Positions 25,595 to 34,135 of a stretch of 64,000 nt of DNA are shown here, in pieces. A program made the position numbers and the translations under genes. The notes beneath the pieces are model-generated. The model was not told the DNA's origin and made no database searches. It was given only the letters and a program-made list of their open reading frames with translations. Positions within the stretch are counted from its first letter, which is position 1; each line of letters opens with the position of its first letter. Source of the stretch: a virus (Duplodnaviria; Caudoviricetes); IMG/VR virus record IMGVR_UViG_3300014204_000010, positions 1-64,000 of that record. The stretch is one strand, 5' to 3'.

Positions 25595-25977
25595 GCATCC
25601 TAGACGAAATCAATCAAGAGTGGAAACGGGTTGTAACTGAAATTAAAGAAGAACAGACGTACAGGTTGAAACGGAAAGAGATATTATTTAAGCAGTTGCA
25701 GAAAAAGCATAAACAAGGTAACAATACCTTTTATTTGGGCAGGGATGATTTTTATTATTATGAAAAACTCTTAGGTGGGAGTTGTCAGAATGAGGAAGTT
25801 CAATGCCCGTTTTGCTTAGGAAAAGAAAAAATCCGGCAAATCAATACAGACATCACTCAGTATTTTGAAAATAAGGTCAAATGTCCATTGTGTAATGGTT
25901 ATGGTACAGTATTCTTTATTTTTGGATATAAGTATCAGGAAATTAGTAACGATGATAGCGATTACCAGAGGTGGTGA
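25591..25977 (+). CDS. Protein with DnaJ-type zinc-finger repeats
   Basis: CPFCLGKEK and CPLCNGYG. Confidence 0.6.
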   Translation: MSILDEINQEWKRVVTEIKEEQTYRLKRKEILFKQLQKKHKQGNNTFYLGRDDFYYYEKLLGGSCQNEEVQCPFCLGKEKIRQINTDITQYFENKVKCPLCNGYGTVFFIFGYKYQEISNDDSDYQRW

Positions 25978-26210
25978 AACGAAACGGGAGAAGGTGGATG
26001 ATTAAGTGGAAGGAACGTCTAAAGATCAGTCCAGTATTTATTCCCCAAAATCTTTGGATTGGGGGAACTTGGGATAAAAGTTCCATTAAAATAATGTTCC
26101 TTTCCTTAGGTGTTATTATCCATATACATAGAGTTAAACCAGTAGTTCGTTCTGATGGAGGAGAAGCTTGCTTCTGCACTACCTGCGGAAAATACTTCGG
26201 ATTAGATTAG
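25971..26210 (+). CDS. Hypothetical protein
   Basis: 79 aa; C-terminal CFCTTC. Confidence 0.45.
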   Translation: MVKRNGRRWMIKWKERLKISPVFIPQNLWIGGTWDKSSIKIMFLSLGVIIHIHRVKPVVRSDGGEACFCTTCGKYFGLD

Positions 26211-26243
26211 AACGGAGTACACATTAAAACAAAGGAGGAGTGA

Positions 26244-27173
26244 ATGCCATTACAACTGAAGTACCGACCCTCAGACTTTACAGAAATGATAGGTAACAAG
26301 GCCATTTTAACCAGTCTCGAAAGCATCTTTGCCAGAGAGTTTGACTTCCCCCATGCTTGGTTGTTTTACGGACCTAAGGGTTGTGGGAAGACTACATTGG
26401 CAAGAATTGTTGCCCACAAGTTAAAGTGTAGTGTTGATGACCTTTATGAGTATAACATGGCTAATCTTAAAGGTATTGACACTGTTCGGGACATCCTGGA
26501 AAACGCTGTGTATGCTCCGATCTCAAGTCCCGTTAAGTTCTACATCTTGGATGAAGTACACGAACAAATCAAAGGTGCCCAGGATGCTCTTCTCAAGATT
26601 CTGGAAGAACCTCCTCAGCATGTGTATTTTGCCCTCTGTACAACAAATCCGGAGAAGCTACAAGGGGCAGTCCGAAGCCGTTGTATGCCATTCTTAGTAA
26701 AGACCCTTCTATCTACGGAAATGAAGATGTTACTTGACGGAGTTCTTACCAGAGAAGGTCTACCGGATTACCCAATAGCAGTCATTAGGGAGATAATTCG
26801 TATTGCCGAAGGTATCCCCCGAGATGCTCTGGTGGCCCTTGATTCTGTCATTGACATTCAGAATGAGGAGATGGCTATTCAAGTCCTGCAAAACATTTCT
26901 ATCGGGGAAGCAGACCTAGCCGATATTTGTAAAGAGCTGATGGACGGTACCACTTGGGAGGCTATCCGAAAAAGAGTAAGCACCTTGGCATCAAACATTA
27001 ATGATGCAGAGAAAATACGGAGGGGTGCTATGGGATGGTTTTCCAAAGTGCTTCTTAACTCAAAAACAAACGATAGGGTATCCATGATTCTTCAGATTAT
27101 GGAAGATAATACTTATGATGGAGGAATACCCAAACTAATCAACATGTTTTACATGGCTACAAAAATAAGATAA
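26244..27173 (+). CDS. dnaX: Clamp loader AAA+ ATPase (DnaX gamma/tau-like)
   Basis: LKYRP, GPKGCGKTT, DEVH, LLKILEEPP, RSRC, PRDAL. Confidence 0.92.
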   Translation: MPLQLKYRPSDFTEMIGNKAILTSLESIFAREFDFPHAWLFYGPKGCGKTTLARIVAHKLKCSVDDLYEYNMANLKGIDTVRDILENAVYAPISSPVKFYILDEVHEQIKGAQDALLKILEEPPQHVYFALCTTNPEKLQGAVRSRCMPFLVKTLLSTEMKMLLDGVLTREGLPDYPIAVIREIIRIAEGIPRDALVALDSVIDIQNEEMAIQVLQNISIGEADLADICKELMDGTTWEAIRKRVSTLASNINDAEKIRRGAMGWFSKVLLNSKTNDRVSMILQIMEDNTYDGGIPKLINMFYMATKIR

Positions 27174-27183
27174 GGAGGAGGTT

Positions 27184-27891
27184 ATGTCCATAAAAGATGA
27201 TTTCCTGAAGCACTACAAAGAGATGATTTTACCGAATAAACCGGGTGCAGACAAACTCCTGGAGCACTTGCAAAAGAGGGATTTCTTCACAGCCCCAGCG
27301 TCCACAAAGTTCCACAGTAACTACCGAGGAGGACTGGTAGAACATTCCGTCCTGGTGTATGAAACCCTTAAGTTTGTTATGGAAGGATTTGCACCGACTA
27401 CTTATATTGAAAGACCGGAGATGAAAGTCTCTATGGCAGTAGTCGGTTTACTCCATGACATTTGCAAGATGGAAACTTACTTAGAGGATAAAGAAGCTGC
27501 GACAACCCCACAAAAAGAAGCTATTGCCAGATACGGGCTTAAGGTTCCACAAGATCAGATGACGAAAGCATACGCAAGTAAGCTTATTGAGTGGTGCAAG
27601 GGTGGAAAGACTGGAGCTAAACCGGAGTTCCGGGAGTTCTACCGTGTGGAAGAAGTGTTTCCTTACGGACACGGGGAGAAGTCAGTCTTTATCCTTCAAC
27701 AGTATATTAAACTTACGGAGGAAGAGGCATTAGCTATAAGATGGCATATGGGGGGATTCGACCCCGGTATCCACTTCGGGTATCCTTCAGGGATGGCATA
27801 CAAGCAAGCCGTGAAGGATAACAAGCTTCTGGCTGCAATCATTGCGGCTGATCACATAGCAACTTATCTTGTGGAGTTGTGGAAAGATTAA
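27184..27891 (+). CDS. HD-domain phosphohydrolase
   Basis: APASTKFH, GGLVEHS, LLHDICK, HGEKS, IRWHMG, AADH. Confidence 0.9.
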   Translation: MSIKDDFLKHYKEMILPNKPGADKLLEHLQKRDFFTAPASTKFHSNYRGGLVEHSVLVYETLKFVMEGFAPTTYIERPEMKVSMAVVGLLHDICKMETYLEDKEAATTPQKEAIARYGLKVPQDQMTKAYASKLIEWCKGGKTGAKPEFREFYRVEEVFPYGHGEKSVFILQQYIKLTEEEALAIRWHMGGFDPGIHFGYPSGMAYKQAVKDNKLLAAIIAADHIATYLVELWKD

Positions 27892-27898
27892 GGATTGC

Positions 27899-27928
27899 CA
27901 ACGGACGATTTTAAAGATGTGATATAAT
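27899..27928 (+). promoter_or_regulatory. Extended -10 promoter, CNNCGG class
   Basis: CAACGGA ... TGATATAAT in front of the UvsY/SSB/RecA block. Confidence 0.7.
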
Positions 27929-27952
27929 AAAAGAAAAAAGCTTGAAAGTGAA

Positions 27953-28543
27953 TTGCTTATGCCAGACGACAAAGATTTACCGGGAGATGAAGAATTTGAG
28001 GAACTGGGAGACGAAGAGGACAAGAACTTCCCTCTCAAAAAACATATTGATGTCTATGAATTGGATCGGTGTGCAGTCGAACAAGTAGACTTATACCACA
28101 TATGGGGAGAGCGTTTAGCCCGAGCCGAAAGAACCAAACAGTCCTGTATAGAAGAACTTGCTTATGAGAAGGCAAAACTTTCGGTAAAAATCAGAGAAGA
28201 CCCCGAGAAATACGGGTGGGACCTCGAAAAAGAACCTACTGAACCTTGGGTAAAAGAACAGATTATTCTGGATGACAATATTCGGGCTTTAGCAAAAAAT
28301 GTCATTCAGGCTACATACCAATATAATATGATCAATAATGCAAGAAAGGAGGTACTAGAACACAGAAGAAAAAGTCTGGATATTCTTACTGAGCTTTACA
28401 AAGGTGATTATTGGGGAGGTAGATCGAAATGGTCACCTGCTGCTGACATTGCCCGGGAGAATGGTAAAAGGGAACAAACGGAAATGTTGAATGCAGACCC
28501 CGACTTGAAACAGCGTTTAACAAAGAAAGGGCAACCAGAATGA
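27953..28543 (+). CDS. UvsY-like recombination mediator
   Basis: Helical protein with KPTE.WV and LEHRRKSL pattern; directly upstream of SSB and RecA. Confidence 0.6.
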   Translation: MLMPDDKDLPGDEEFEELGDEEDKNFPLKKHIDVYELDRCAVEQVDLYHIWGERLARAERTKQSCIEELAYEKAKLSVKIREDPEKYGWDLEKEPTEPWVKEQIILDDNIRALAKNVIQATYQYNMINNARKEVLEHRRKSLDILTELYKGDYWGGRSKWSPAADIARENGKREQTEMLNADPDLKQRLTKKGQPE

Positions 28544-28713
28544 TACAAGAATCCTTTAAAATCCTTGTCGGATTTCTCTTTATCTTGGTTGCCTGGTGGG
28601 CTCTACTGAGAGTAGGATCCACCGCAGTATTTCACACATGGTTTAGACTAAAAAAGTATTATGAAGGAGGTAGTAATGGGATTAACGGCAGAACAAAGAA
28701 GGGCACTCTATGA
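28540..28713 (+). CDS. Small membrane protein (57 aa)
   Basis: Hand-translated; ILVGFLFILVAWWALL transmembrane segment; ATGA overlap. Confidence 0.55.
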   Translation: MIQESFKILVGFLFILVAWWALLRVGSTAVFHTWFRLKKYYEGGSNGINGRTKKGTL

Positions 28714-29890
28714 TCAGGAGTTACCTCAAAGGCAAGAAGAAAGCTATGCAAGAAAGGACGAGAAAGGTCGTTATAGATCAGTCTTTAAGACAGAAGAAAA
28801 AGCCGGCATCTCTTTCTGGGGAGCAAAAGACGGCGATCACAGAACAAGAATTATCCCGTATATCGTCGGGGAGAACAATCCCCAAAATCTAAAACCTGGA
28901 CAGGTTGCTTTTATATGTGAGATATTTACCCACAGACAAATCGGTATAAATGAGGATTCGATCCTCTGTCCTAATCTCACTTTTCGGAAACCTTGCCCCA
29001 TATGTCAGCATCAAGCAGACCTCAAACGGCGCCAAGGTGAGGGAGAAGACATTCCTAAAGAGGAAATTTCCAAACTTAATGCTTCCCGTAGAGCCATCTA
29101 TAACATAGTTTGTTACGATGACACTTCCCAGGAAGCAAAGGGAGTCCAGGTTTGGGAAGTCTCTTATGTTCTCTTCTCAGAAGAAGTGGAGAATCTGGCA
29201 AATAAGAAGCGTACCGGTGGAAAAATTCTTTATGCACACCACAATCAGGGTTGCATTATTTCCTTCCATAAACAAGGGAAGGGAAGAGACACCGAGTTTA
29301 GTGCTTTCGAATTTGAGGAAAGATGTCCCATAGATGATAGTTTTCTTGAACAGGCTCACTGTCTGGAAGATTTGGTTGAGGAACTCACCTACGACGAGAT
29401 TTACGATATGTACTGGGAGAATGCTTACGAAGCTGCACCGGATTCCCAGGAAGCAGCAGAAGCTACCAGAAAACCCAAATTGACGGAAGTTGAAAAGAAA
29501 CCCGAAGCAATAACAGATAATTCTAAAGCCGAGGCAGAAGCAGCAGCCAAAGCAAAAGCGGAAGCAGAAGCCAAAGCAAAAGCAGAGGCAGATGCCAAAG
29601 CCAAAGCAGAAGCAGCAGCAGCGGCCGAAGCAGCAGCCAAAGCTAAAGCGGAAGCAGAAGCAAAAGAAACTGCGGCTCTTCAGAAGAAGGAAGAGGACGC
29701 CCCAATATTCCCCGCAGATGAATCGGAAGAAGTGGCTTGTCCCTTTGGAGCAGCCTTCGGTGCCGACTTTGATCAGTACACGCAATGTGATGATTGCCCG
29801 GTTCGGGCAAAGTGCAAGGATAAAAAAGAAGGAAAGAAACCTCCAGTCGAAGAGAAACCTGCTAAGACATTAGTGAGAAGGAGGGCATAA
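28676..29890 (+). CDS. gp32-like single-stranded DNA-binding protein with long linker and C-terminal Cys cluster
   Basis: HRQIG..CP...CPIC, YNIV, K.GKGRDTEF; GAAGGAGG SD; AKAKAEAE repeats; C-terminal C..CDDC...C. Confidence 0.8.
   Translation: MGLTAEQRRALYDQELPQRQEESYARKDEKGRYRSVFKTEEKAGISFWGAKDGDHRTRIIPYIVGENNPQNLKPGQVAFICEIFTHRQIGINEDSILCPNLTFRKPCPICQHQADLKRRQGEGEDIPKEEISKLNASRRAIYNIVCYDDTSQEAKGVQVWEVSYVLFSEEVENLANKKRTGGKILYAHHNQGCIISFHKQGKGRDTEFSAFEFEERCPIDDSFLEQAHCLEDLVEELTYDEIYDMYWENAYEAAPDSQEAAEATRKPKLTEVEKKPEAITDNSKAEAEAAAKAKAEAEAKAKAEADAKAKAEAAAAAEAAAKAKAEAEAKETAALQKKEEDAPIFPADESEEVACPFGAAFGADFDQYTQCDDCPVRAKCKDKKEGKKPPVEEKPAKTLVRRRA
29522..29666 (+). repeat. Ala/Glu/Lys low-complexity coding repeat
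   Basis: AEAEAAAKAKAEAEAKAKAEADAKAKAEAAAAAEAAAKAKAEAEAKE. Confidence 0.85.
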
Positions 29891-29896
29891 ATCCTA

Positions 29897-30994
29897 ATGG
29901 GCTTGATCAAGAAAAGACCAGATGATCAGCCAGGGTCAACCAACGAGGACATACTCCGCGAACAAGCGGGGTATGTCCAAGAGGTTGAGAAGGCTATAGC
30001 GGAACCCACCGACAATGAAATTGTTTCTTTACTGAACCGCAGAGTAGAAGTCAAGCAGGTTATCTCTACAGGATCCACTTTGTTAGATTTGAGTATTTGC
30101 GGAGAAGTGATTAGGGGCGGGGGCATCCCCGGTGGGTTATTAGTCGAAATTTACGGGAGAGCAGGGTTGGGTAAAACTGCCATCCTATCAGAAATATGTG
30201 CCTCCGCCCAGAGCAATGGGGGTAAGGTCCGTTTTACCGATCCTGAAGCCCGTCTTAACAAGGAGTACACCCGGATTTATGGAGTTGACTTATCCAAAAA
30301 GTTTGAGTATTACCGACCAGACACCGTAAAGGAACTGTTCAATGATTATTTGACCCCTTGGGAAACAAATACCGATAGTATAAATGTCTTTGCTTCGGAT
30401 TCCATAGCAGCTTTATCCACTGAAATGGAGATGGAAGAGGAAGACAAACGTGGTCAGCAGCGGGCTAAAGACTTCTCCCAAGGATTGAGGAAGAATGCCA
30501 GAAGCATCGTTGACAAGAATATCCTGATGATCTTTACCAACCAGGTAAGAGCAGGGGAGAGAGGTGACATCACCCCAGGAGGGATGGGTATACCGTTCTA
30601 TGCTTCCATCCGATTAGCAGTAAAACAACCAATGTTAGACCATTTTGTAAAGAAGAGTAAAAACATAGGAGGATCAAAGCGAGAGGAAACCATCGGAATA
30701 AAGAGTGAAATAACCGTAGTTAAAAACTCCGTAGGAATCTCCTATAGGAAATGCCCCATCTACATCATGAATAATTACGGTGTGGACGATCTTCGGGCAA
30801 ATCTTCAGTACTACAAGGAGATGATGGGGCAAAAATCCTATGATGTCATTGACAGAACCTATATCTCCATAATTGATGCCATTCATTACATAGAAGATCA
30901 CAACCTGGAAGAGAAATTAAGAGAACGGACTATTGATACTTGGGAAATGATTTTTCGGGAGTTCCAGGAAGTTAGAAAACCCAAAAAACGCTAA
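29897..30994 (+). CDS. recA: RecA/UvsX-like recombinase
   Basis: ISTGSTLLD, VEIYGRAGLGKT, DSIAAL, FTNQVR, TPGG...FYAS. Confidence 0.93.
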   Translation: MGLIKKRPDDQPGSTNEDILREQAGYVQEVEKAIAEPTDNEIVSLLNRRVEVKQVISTGSTLLDLSICGEVIRGGGIPGGLLVEIYGRAGLGKTAILSEICASAQSNGGKVRFTDPEARLNKEYTRIYGVDLSKKFEYYRPDTVKELFNDYLTPWETNTDSINVFASDSIAALSTEMEMEEEDKRGQQRAKDFSQGLRKNARSIVDKNILMIFTNQVRAGERGDITPGGMGIPFYASIRLAVKQPMLDHFVKKSKNIGGSKREETIGIKSEITVVKNSVGISYRKCPIYIMNNYGVDDLRANLQYYKEMMGQKSYDVIDRTYISIIDAIHYIEDHNLEEKLRERTIDTWEMIFREFQEVRKPKKR

Positions 30995-31007
30995 GAAAGG
31001 AAAGAAC

Positions 31008-31337
31008 GTGGAATACATCATCGTCAGTATTAAACAGTACATGGTGATTGGTAAACTGGAAAAGGAAATAGTAGATGGTATTCCCACAGGGAATTTTATA
31101 TTAATTAGCCCTGCCATTGTCCAACAGTCTAACCCAACAACGGACACCCATCAGTTCCTTCTTTTTCCCGGGTTACCGAAAGTCATACACTTGTCCAAAG
31201 GGTTTATGGAACAGACATTTTGGTATGATGTTTCACCCGGAGGTCTTCGGAACTCGTACATCGAAGTAACCTCTTCCCTGAAGATAACCAATAAAATGCC
31301 TCAACCACTTCCTTTCGGGGGAGGTAAACGTCAATGA
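31008..31337 (+). CDS. Hypothetical protein
   Basis: GTG start with AAGGA SD; 109 aa. Confidence 0.6.
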   Translation: MEYIIVSIKQYMVIGKLEKEIVDGIPTGNFILISPAIVQQSNPTTDTHQFLLFPGLPKVIHLSKGFMEQTFWYDVSPGGLRNSYIEVTSSLKITNKMPQPLPFGGGKRQ

Positions 31338-32185
31338 AAATGCTCCTTGACTGCAATATGATTTGCCATATGGCAAAACACACAACCGGAGATTTAACCT
31401 ACAGTGAATTGAAAACGGGAGTGATCTTCGGTTTCCTGTGGCAACTTCTTTCTTTGGCAAAGGTATTGCAGAGTAGGGAGTTTTGCTTCATCTGGGATTC
31501 TCCGGAATCCCTTCGCACTAATTTATTTCCTGATTATAAGAAGAACCGAATACAAAAAGAAAAGACCGACGAAGAGAGAGAAAGGGATGCCATAGCCTTT
31601 TCTCAATTCAGTACCATAAGAAAGGATATCCTACCCGCAATAGGGTTTAAGAATATATATAGTCAGAGAGGATACGAAGGAGATGATATAATAGCCAGCA
31701 TTGTCCAGCATGACCTTGGACCATTCATAATAGTGTCCTCAGACAACGATCTTTACCAACTTTTGAGGGAAGAGGTCAGTATGTATTCCCTCAAAACAAA
31801 GAGTTTTTTTGGAGTAGTGGATTTCCGCAAGGAGTATAGTATTAAACCTCATAGATGGGCTAGAGTAAAAGCCATAATGGGATGCAAGACAGACGGGGTG
31901 CCAGGAGTACCGGGAATCGGTGTATCTAATGCCGTGAAGTTTGTAGACGGAGTACTTCCCCCGGCATCGAAAGCTTACCACAGTATAAAGTCGAACAAAG
32001 AAATAATAGAACGCAATCAAGTGTTGGTGACCCTACCTTTCCCGGGAGTAGATACATTTTTTATTCAGGAGGATGACAACCTCTCTTTGGAAGGGTTCAT
32101 GTATGTGTGTCAGAAGTATGGATTTCATTCATTTCTTAAATCAGAGGGATTGGATCAATGGATAAGAATTTTTGGACTGAAGTAG
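31334..32185 (+). CDS. 5'-3' exonuclease / flap endonuclease (PolI-N, T4 RNase H-like)
   Basis: LLDCN, WDS, YKKNR, EGDDII, SSDNDLYQL, GCKTDGVPGVPGIG. Confidence 0.92.
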   Translation: MKMLLDCNMICHMAKHTTGDLTYSELKTGVIFGFLWQLLSLAKVLQSREFCFIWDSPESLRTNLFPDYKKNRIQKEKTDEERERDAIAFSQFSTIRKDILPAIGFKNIYSQRGYEGDDIIASIVQHDLGPFIIVSSDNDLYQLLREEVSMYSLKTKSFFGVVDFRKEYSIKPHRWARVKAIMGCKTDGVPGVPGIGVSNAVKFVDGVLPPASKAYHSIKSNKEIIERNQVLVTLPFPGVDTFFIQEDDNLSLEGFMYVCQKYGFHSFLKSEGLDQWIRIFGLK

Positions 32186-32331
32186 GGAAACCTCTAAGGG
32201 AACTTGTGACCGATCTGGAGAAGCATCTCAGCAATGATAAGTTGGATCGGGTACGCAGGAATGCAGCAAAGAAGACCATGGAAAAAATCAAAAAGAATCT
32301 TGATAAATCCGAAGAGATTTACAAGATTTAA
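32158..32331 (+). CDS. Hypothetical 57-aa protein
   Basis: Hand-translated; fills gap, GAGG SD. Confidence 0.45.
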   Translation: MDKNFWTEVGKPLRELVTDLEKHLSNDKLDRVRRNAAKKTMEKIKKNLDKSEEIYKI

Positions 32332-32342
32332 GGAGTGATCTG

Positions 32343-32942
32343 ATGAATCCCAAGAGACACGGTAATAGTTTTGAGTGGGAAGTTTGCGGAAGTTTCTCCC
32401 GATTCTGGAGTAAAGGTGCTCGTGGTGATCTTTTCGGAAGAACAGATTCTTCGGGTGGTCGGGCTACGACGAGAGCTAAAACGGGACAGGAGACCGAGGG
32501 TCAGTTCGGGGATATGTGTGCCACAGCCGATGAAGGAAAGATCGTTGAAAGAAACTGGCATGTGGAGCTGAAAACAGGTTATTCCCAGAAGAGAAAACAA
32601 GCATTGGATAAGAGGAAAGTCCTCACCAATTGGTGCATTCTTGACCTAATCGACACAACACAGAAATTAACTGTATTTGAGGAGTTCTGGCTGCAATGTT
32701 TGGAAGGAGCTAACCATACAGGAAGGGAACCAATCCTAGTATTTAGGAGAACCCGTCTACAGAAATGTATTGCCTTTGAATACGATTATTTCTCCTACCT
32801 GATGGACTACTTCGGTAATCCGCCTATCGAGACTCCTCTTATTCACATAGAAACCCTTGACTATAGCATAGTTATTATGCTTTTGACCAACTTCTTTACC
32901 TGGTTGGAGCCCAGTGAATTGCTATTCAGGAGGAAGCAATGA
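32343..32942 (+). CDS. Holliday junction resolvase-like PD-(D/E)xK endonuclease
   Basis: GNSFEWEV, GDM, VELK, EPILVFRR. Confidence 0.8.
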   Translation: MNPKRHGNSFEWEVCGSFSRFWSKGARGDLFGRTDSSGGRATTRAKTGQETEGQFGDMCATADEGKIVERNWHVELKTGYSQKRKQALDKRKVLTNWCILDLIDTTQKLTVFEEFWLQCLEGANHTGREPILVFRRTRLQKCIAFEYDYFSYLMDYFGNPPIETPLIHIETLDYSIVIMLLTNFFTWLEPSELLFRRKQ

Positions 32943-34036
32943 TTAAGTTCCTGGAGTTTGAATTTTTTCAACCTTATTCTTACGGTTGCCTAGAGCTTTC
33001 CCCCGGAGTGAATGTCATAATAGCTCCGTCTGATAAAGGAAAGACTTCTATTCAACGTGGAGTTGAATGGGTAAGAACAAATAGACCATTGGGAGATGTC
33101 TACAATTCTTGGCATGCTCCCGAAGGAGCCCATACAAGCTTCTCAATCTGCAAGACAGATGGAAGTCTAGTGGGTAAATCACGATTGAAAGGAACAACCA
33201 GATACTTCGTAACTAAGGATGACAAAGAGCTGGAGTTCCAAGAAGCTGTAGCCAGAGATGTCCCGTCTGAAGTAACAGAAGTCCTGAATCTCTCGGATAT
33301 TAATGTTCAGGAGCAGGAAGCTCCCTACTTCCTCATTCAAAACTCGTCTCCCGGTGAAGTAGCAAAGCTGTTCAACGGTTTGATGGGTTGGAATATCATA
33401 GACCGACTGTTTAAGAATCTGGACGGGAAGATAAGAGCAACCAGGGAATCGGAGAAGTCTACAGAAAAGCTCTTGAAACAGAGTCAAGCCGAATTCAAAG
33501 GGTACGCATATTTAGACGAGTTCCAGCGAAGATTTGATATAGTGCAAGCAAGAAGTCGTCTTTATAAAAATAACATGGGCACCATCAGCTCAGTACGCTC
33601 AATCCTTGTGGCAATAAGCATTGTAAATGAAGATATTGACAAACTCAAAAAGAAAACCAAGCTTGAAAGCAGAATCCTAACTCTTATGGAGAAGGTAGAG
33701 ATTTTCCAGAACAAAAATACGAAGAAGGAAAAGCTCACGGTTCTGGTTTCTGACATCAAAGAAACTGAAGAGATTCTGGAAGCAAAAGAAATAATTGAGG
33801 AATTGGACAACAGACTTATCCAACTTACCAGTAAGATCGCGGATCGAGAGAAGATCCAGAATAACATCAGAAACCTACAGTCTTTGGTAGTGAGCATAAA
33901 GCTGGCTGAGAAGTCTGTCGGAGAAAAGACCAAAATATATGAAAACCAAAAGAAACTATTGGAATCAAAAGTGAAGGAGTATAAAGTTTGTCCCTTCTGT
34001 GGACAACCTATTAAGGAAGATTTTCACTTATGCTAA
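32939..34036 (+). CDS. sbcC: SbcC/Rad50-like ATPase, N-terminal half
   Basis: APSDKGKT Walker A, QEQ Q-loop, coiled coil, ends just after CPFC zinc hook. Confidence 0.85.
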   Translation: MIKFLEFEFFQPYSYGCLELSPGVNVIIAPSDKGKTSIQRGVEWVRTNRPLGDVYNSWHAPEGAHTSFSICKTDGSLVGKSRLKGTTRYFVTKDDKELEFQEAVARDVPSEVTEVLNLSDINVQEQEAPYFLIQNSSPGEVAKLFNGLMGWNIIDRLFKNLDGKIRATRESEKSTEKLLKQSQAEFKGYAYLDEFQRRFDIVQARSRLYKNNMGTISSVRSILVAISIVNEDIDKLKKKTKLESRILTLMEKVEIFQNKNTKKEKLTVLVSDIKETEEILEAKEIIEELDNRLIQLTSKIADREKIQNNIRNLQSLVVSIKLAEKSVGEKTKIYENQKKLLESKVKEYKVCPFCGQPIKEDFHLC

Positions 34037-34040
34037 GATT

Positions 34041-34120
34041 CGGGCTAACCCTTAAACCTCTCGGGGGTTAGTTCGATCAGGGGAGAGCGGGAAAGAAACC
34101 CCCTCGGTCCCGCTCTCCTC
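34041..34120 (+). promoter_or_regulatory. Tandem RNA hairpins upstream of sbcD
   Basis: CGGGCTAACCC/GGGTTAGTTCG and GGGGAGAGCGGGA/TCCCGCTCTCCTC. Confidence 0.6.
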
Positions 34121-34135
34121 ATTAATTAAAAGGAA

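Noticed and set aside
29177-29873. Cys/Phe-rich and Gln/Lys-rich ORFs in other frames of the SSB repeat
   Set aside because: Artefacts of the GCA/GAA/AAA low-complexity repeat
31684-31692. TGATATAAT extended -10 match
   Set aside because: Lies within the exonuclease catalytic motif codons (DDII) and lacks the upstream CGG box
34041-34120. Possible tRNA (contains GTTCGA)
   Set aside because: No cloverleaf, acceptor stem or D-arm; folds as two simple hairpins
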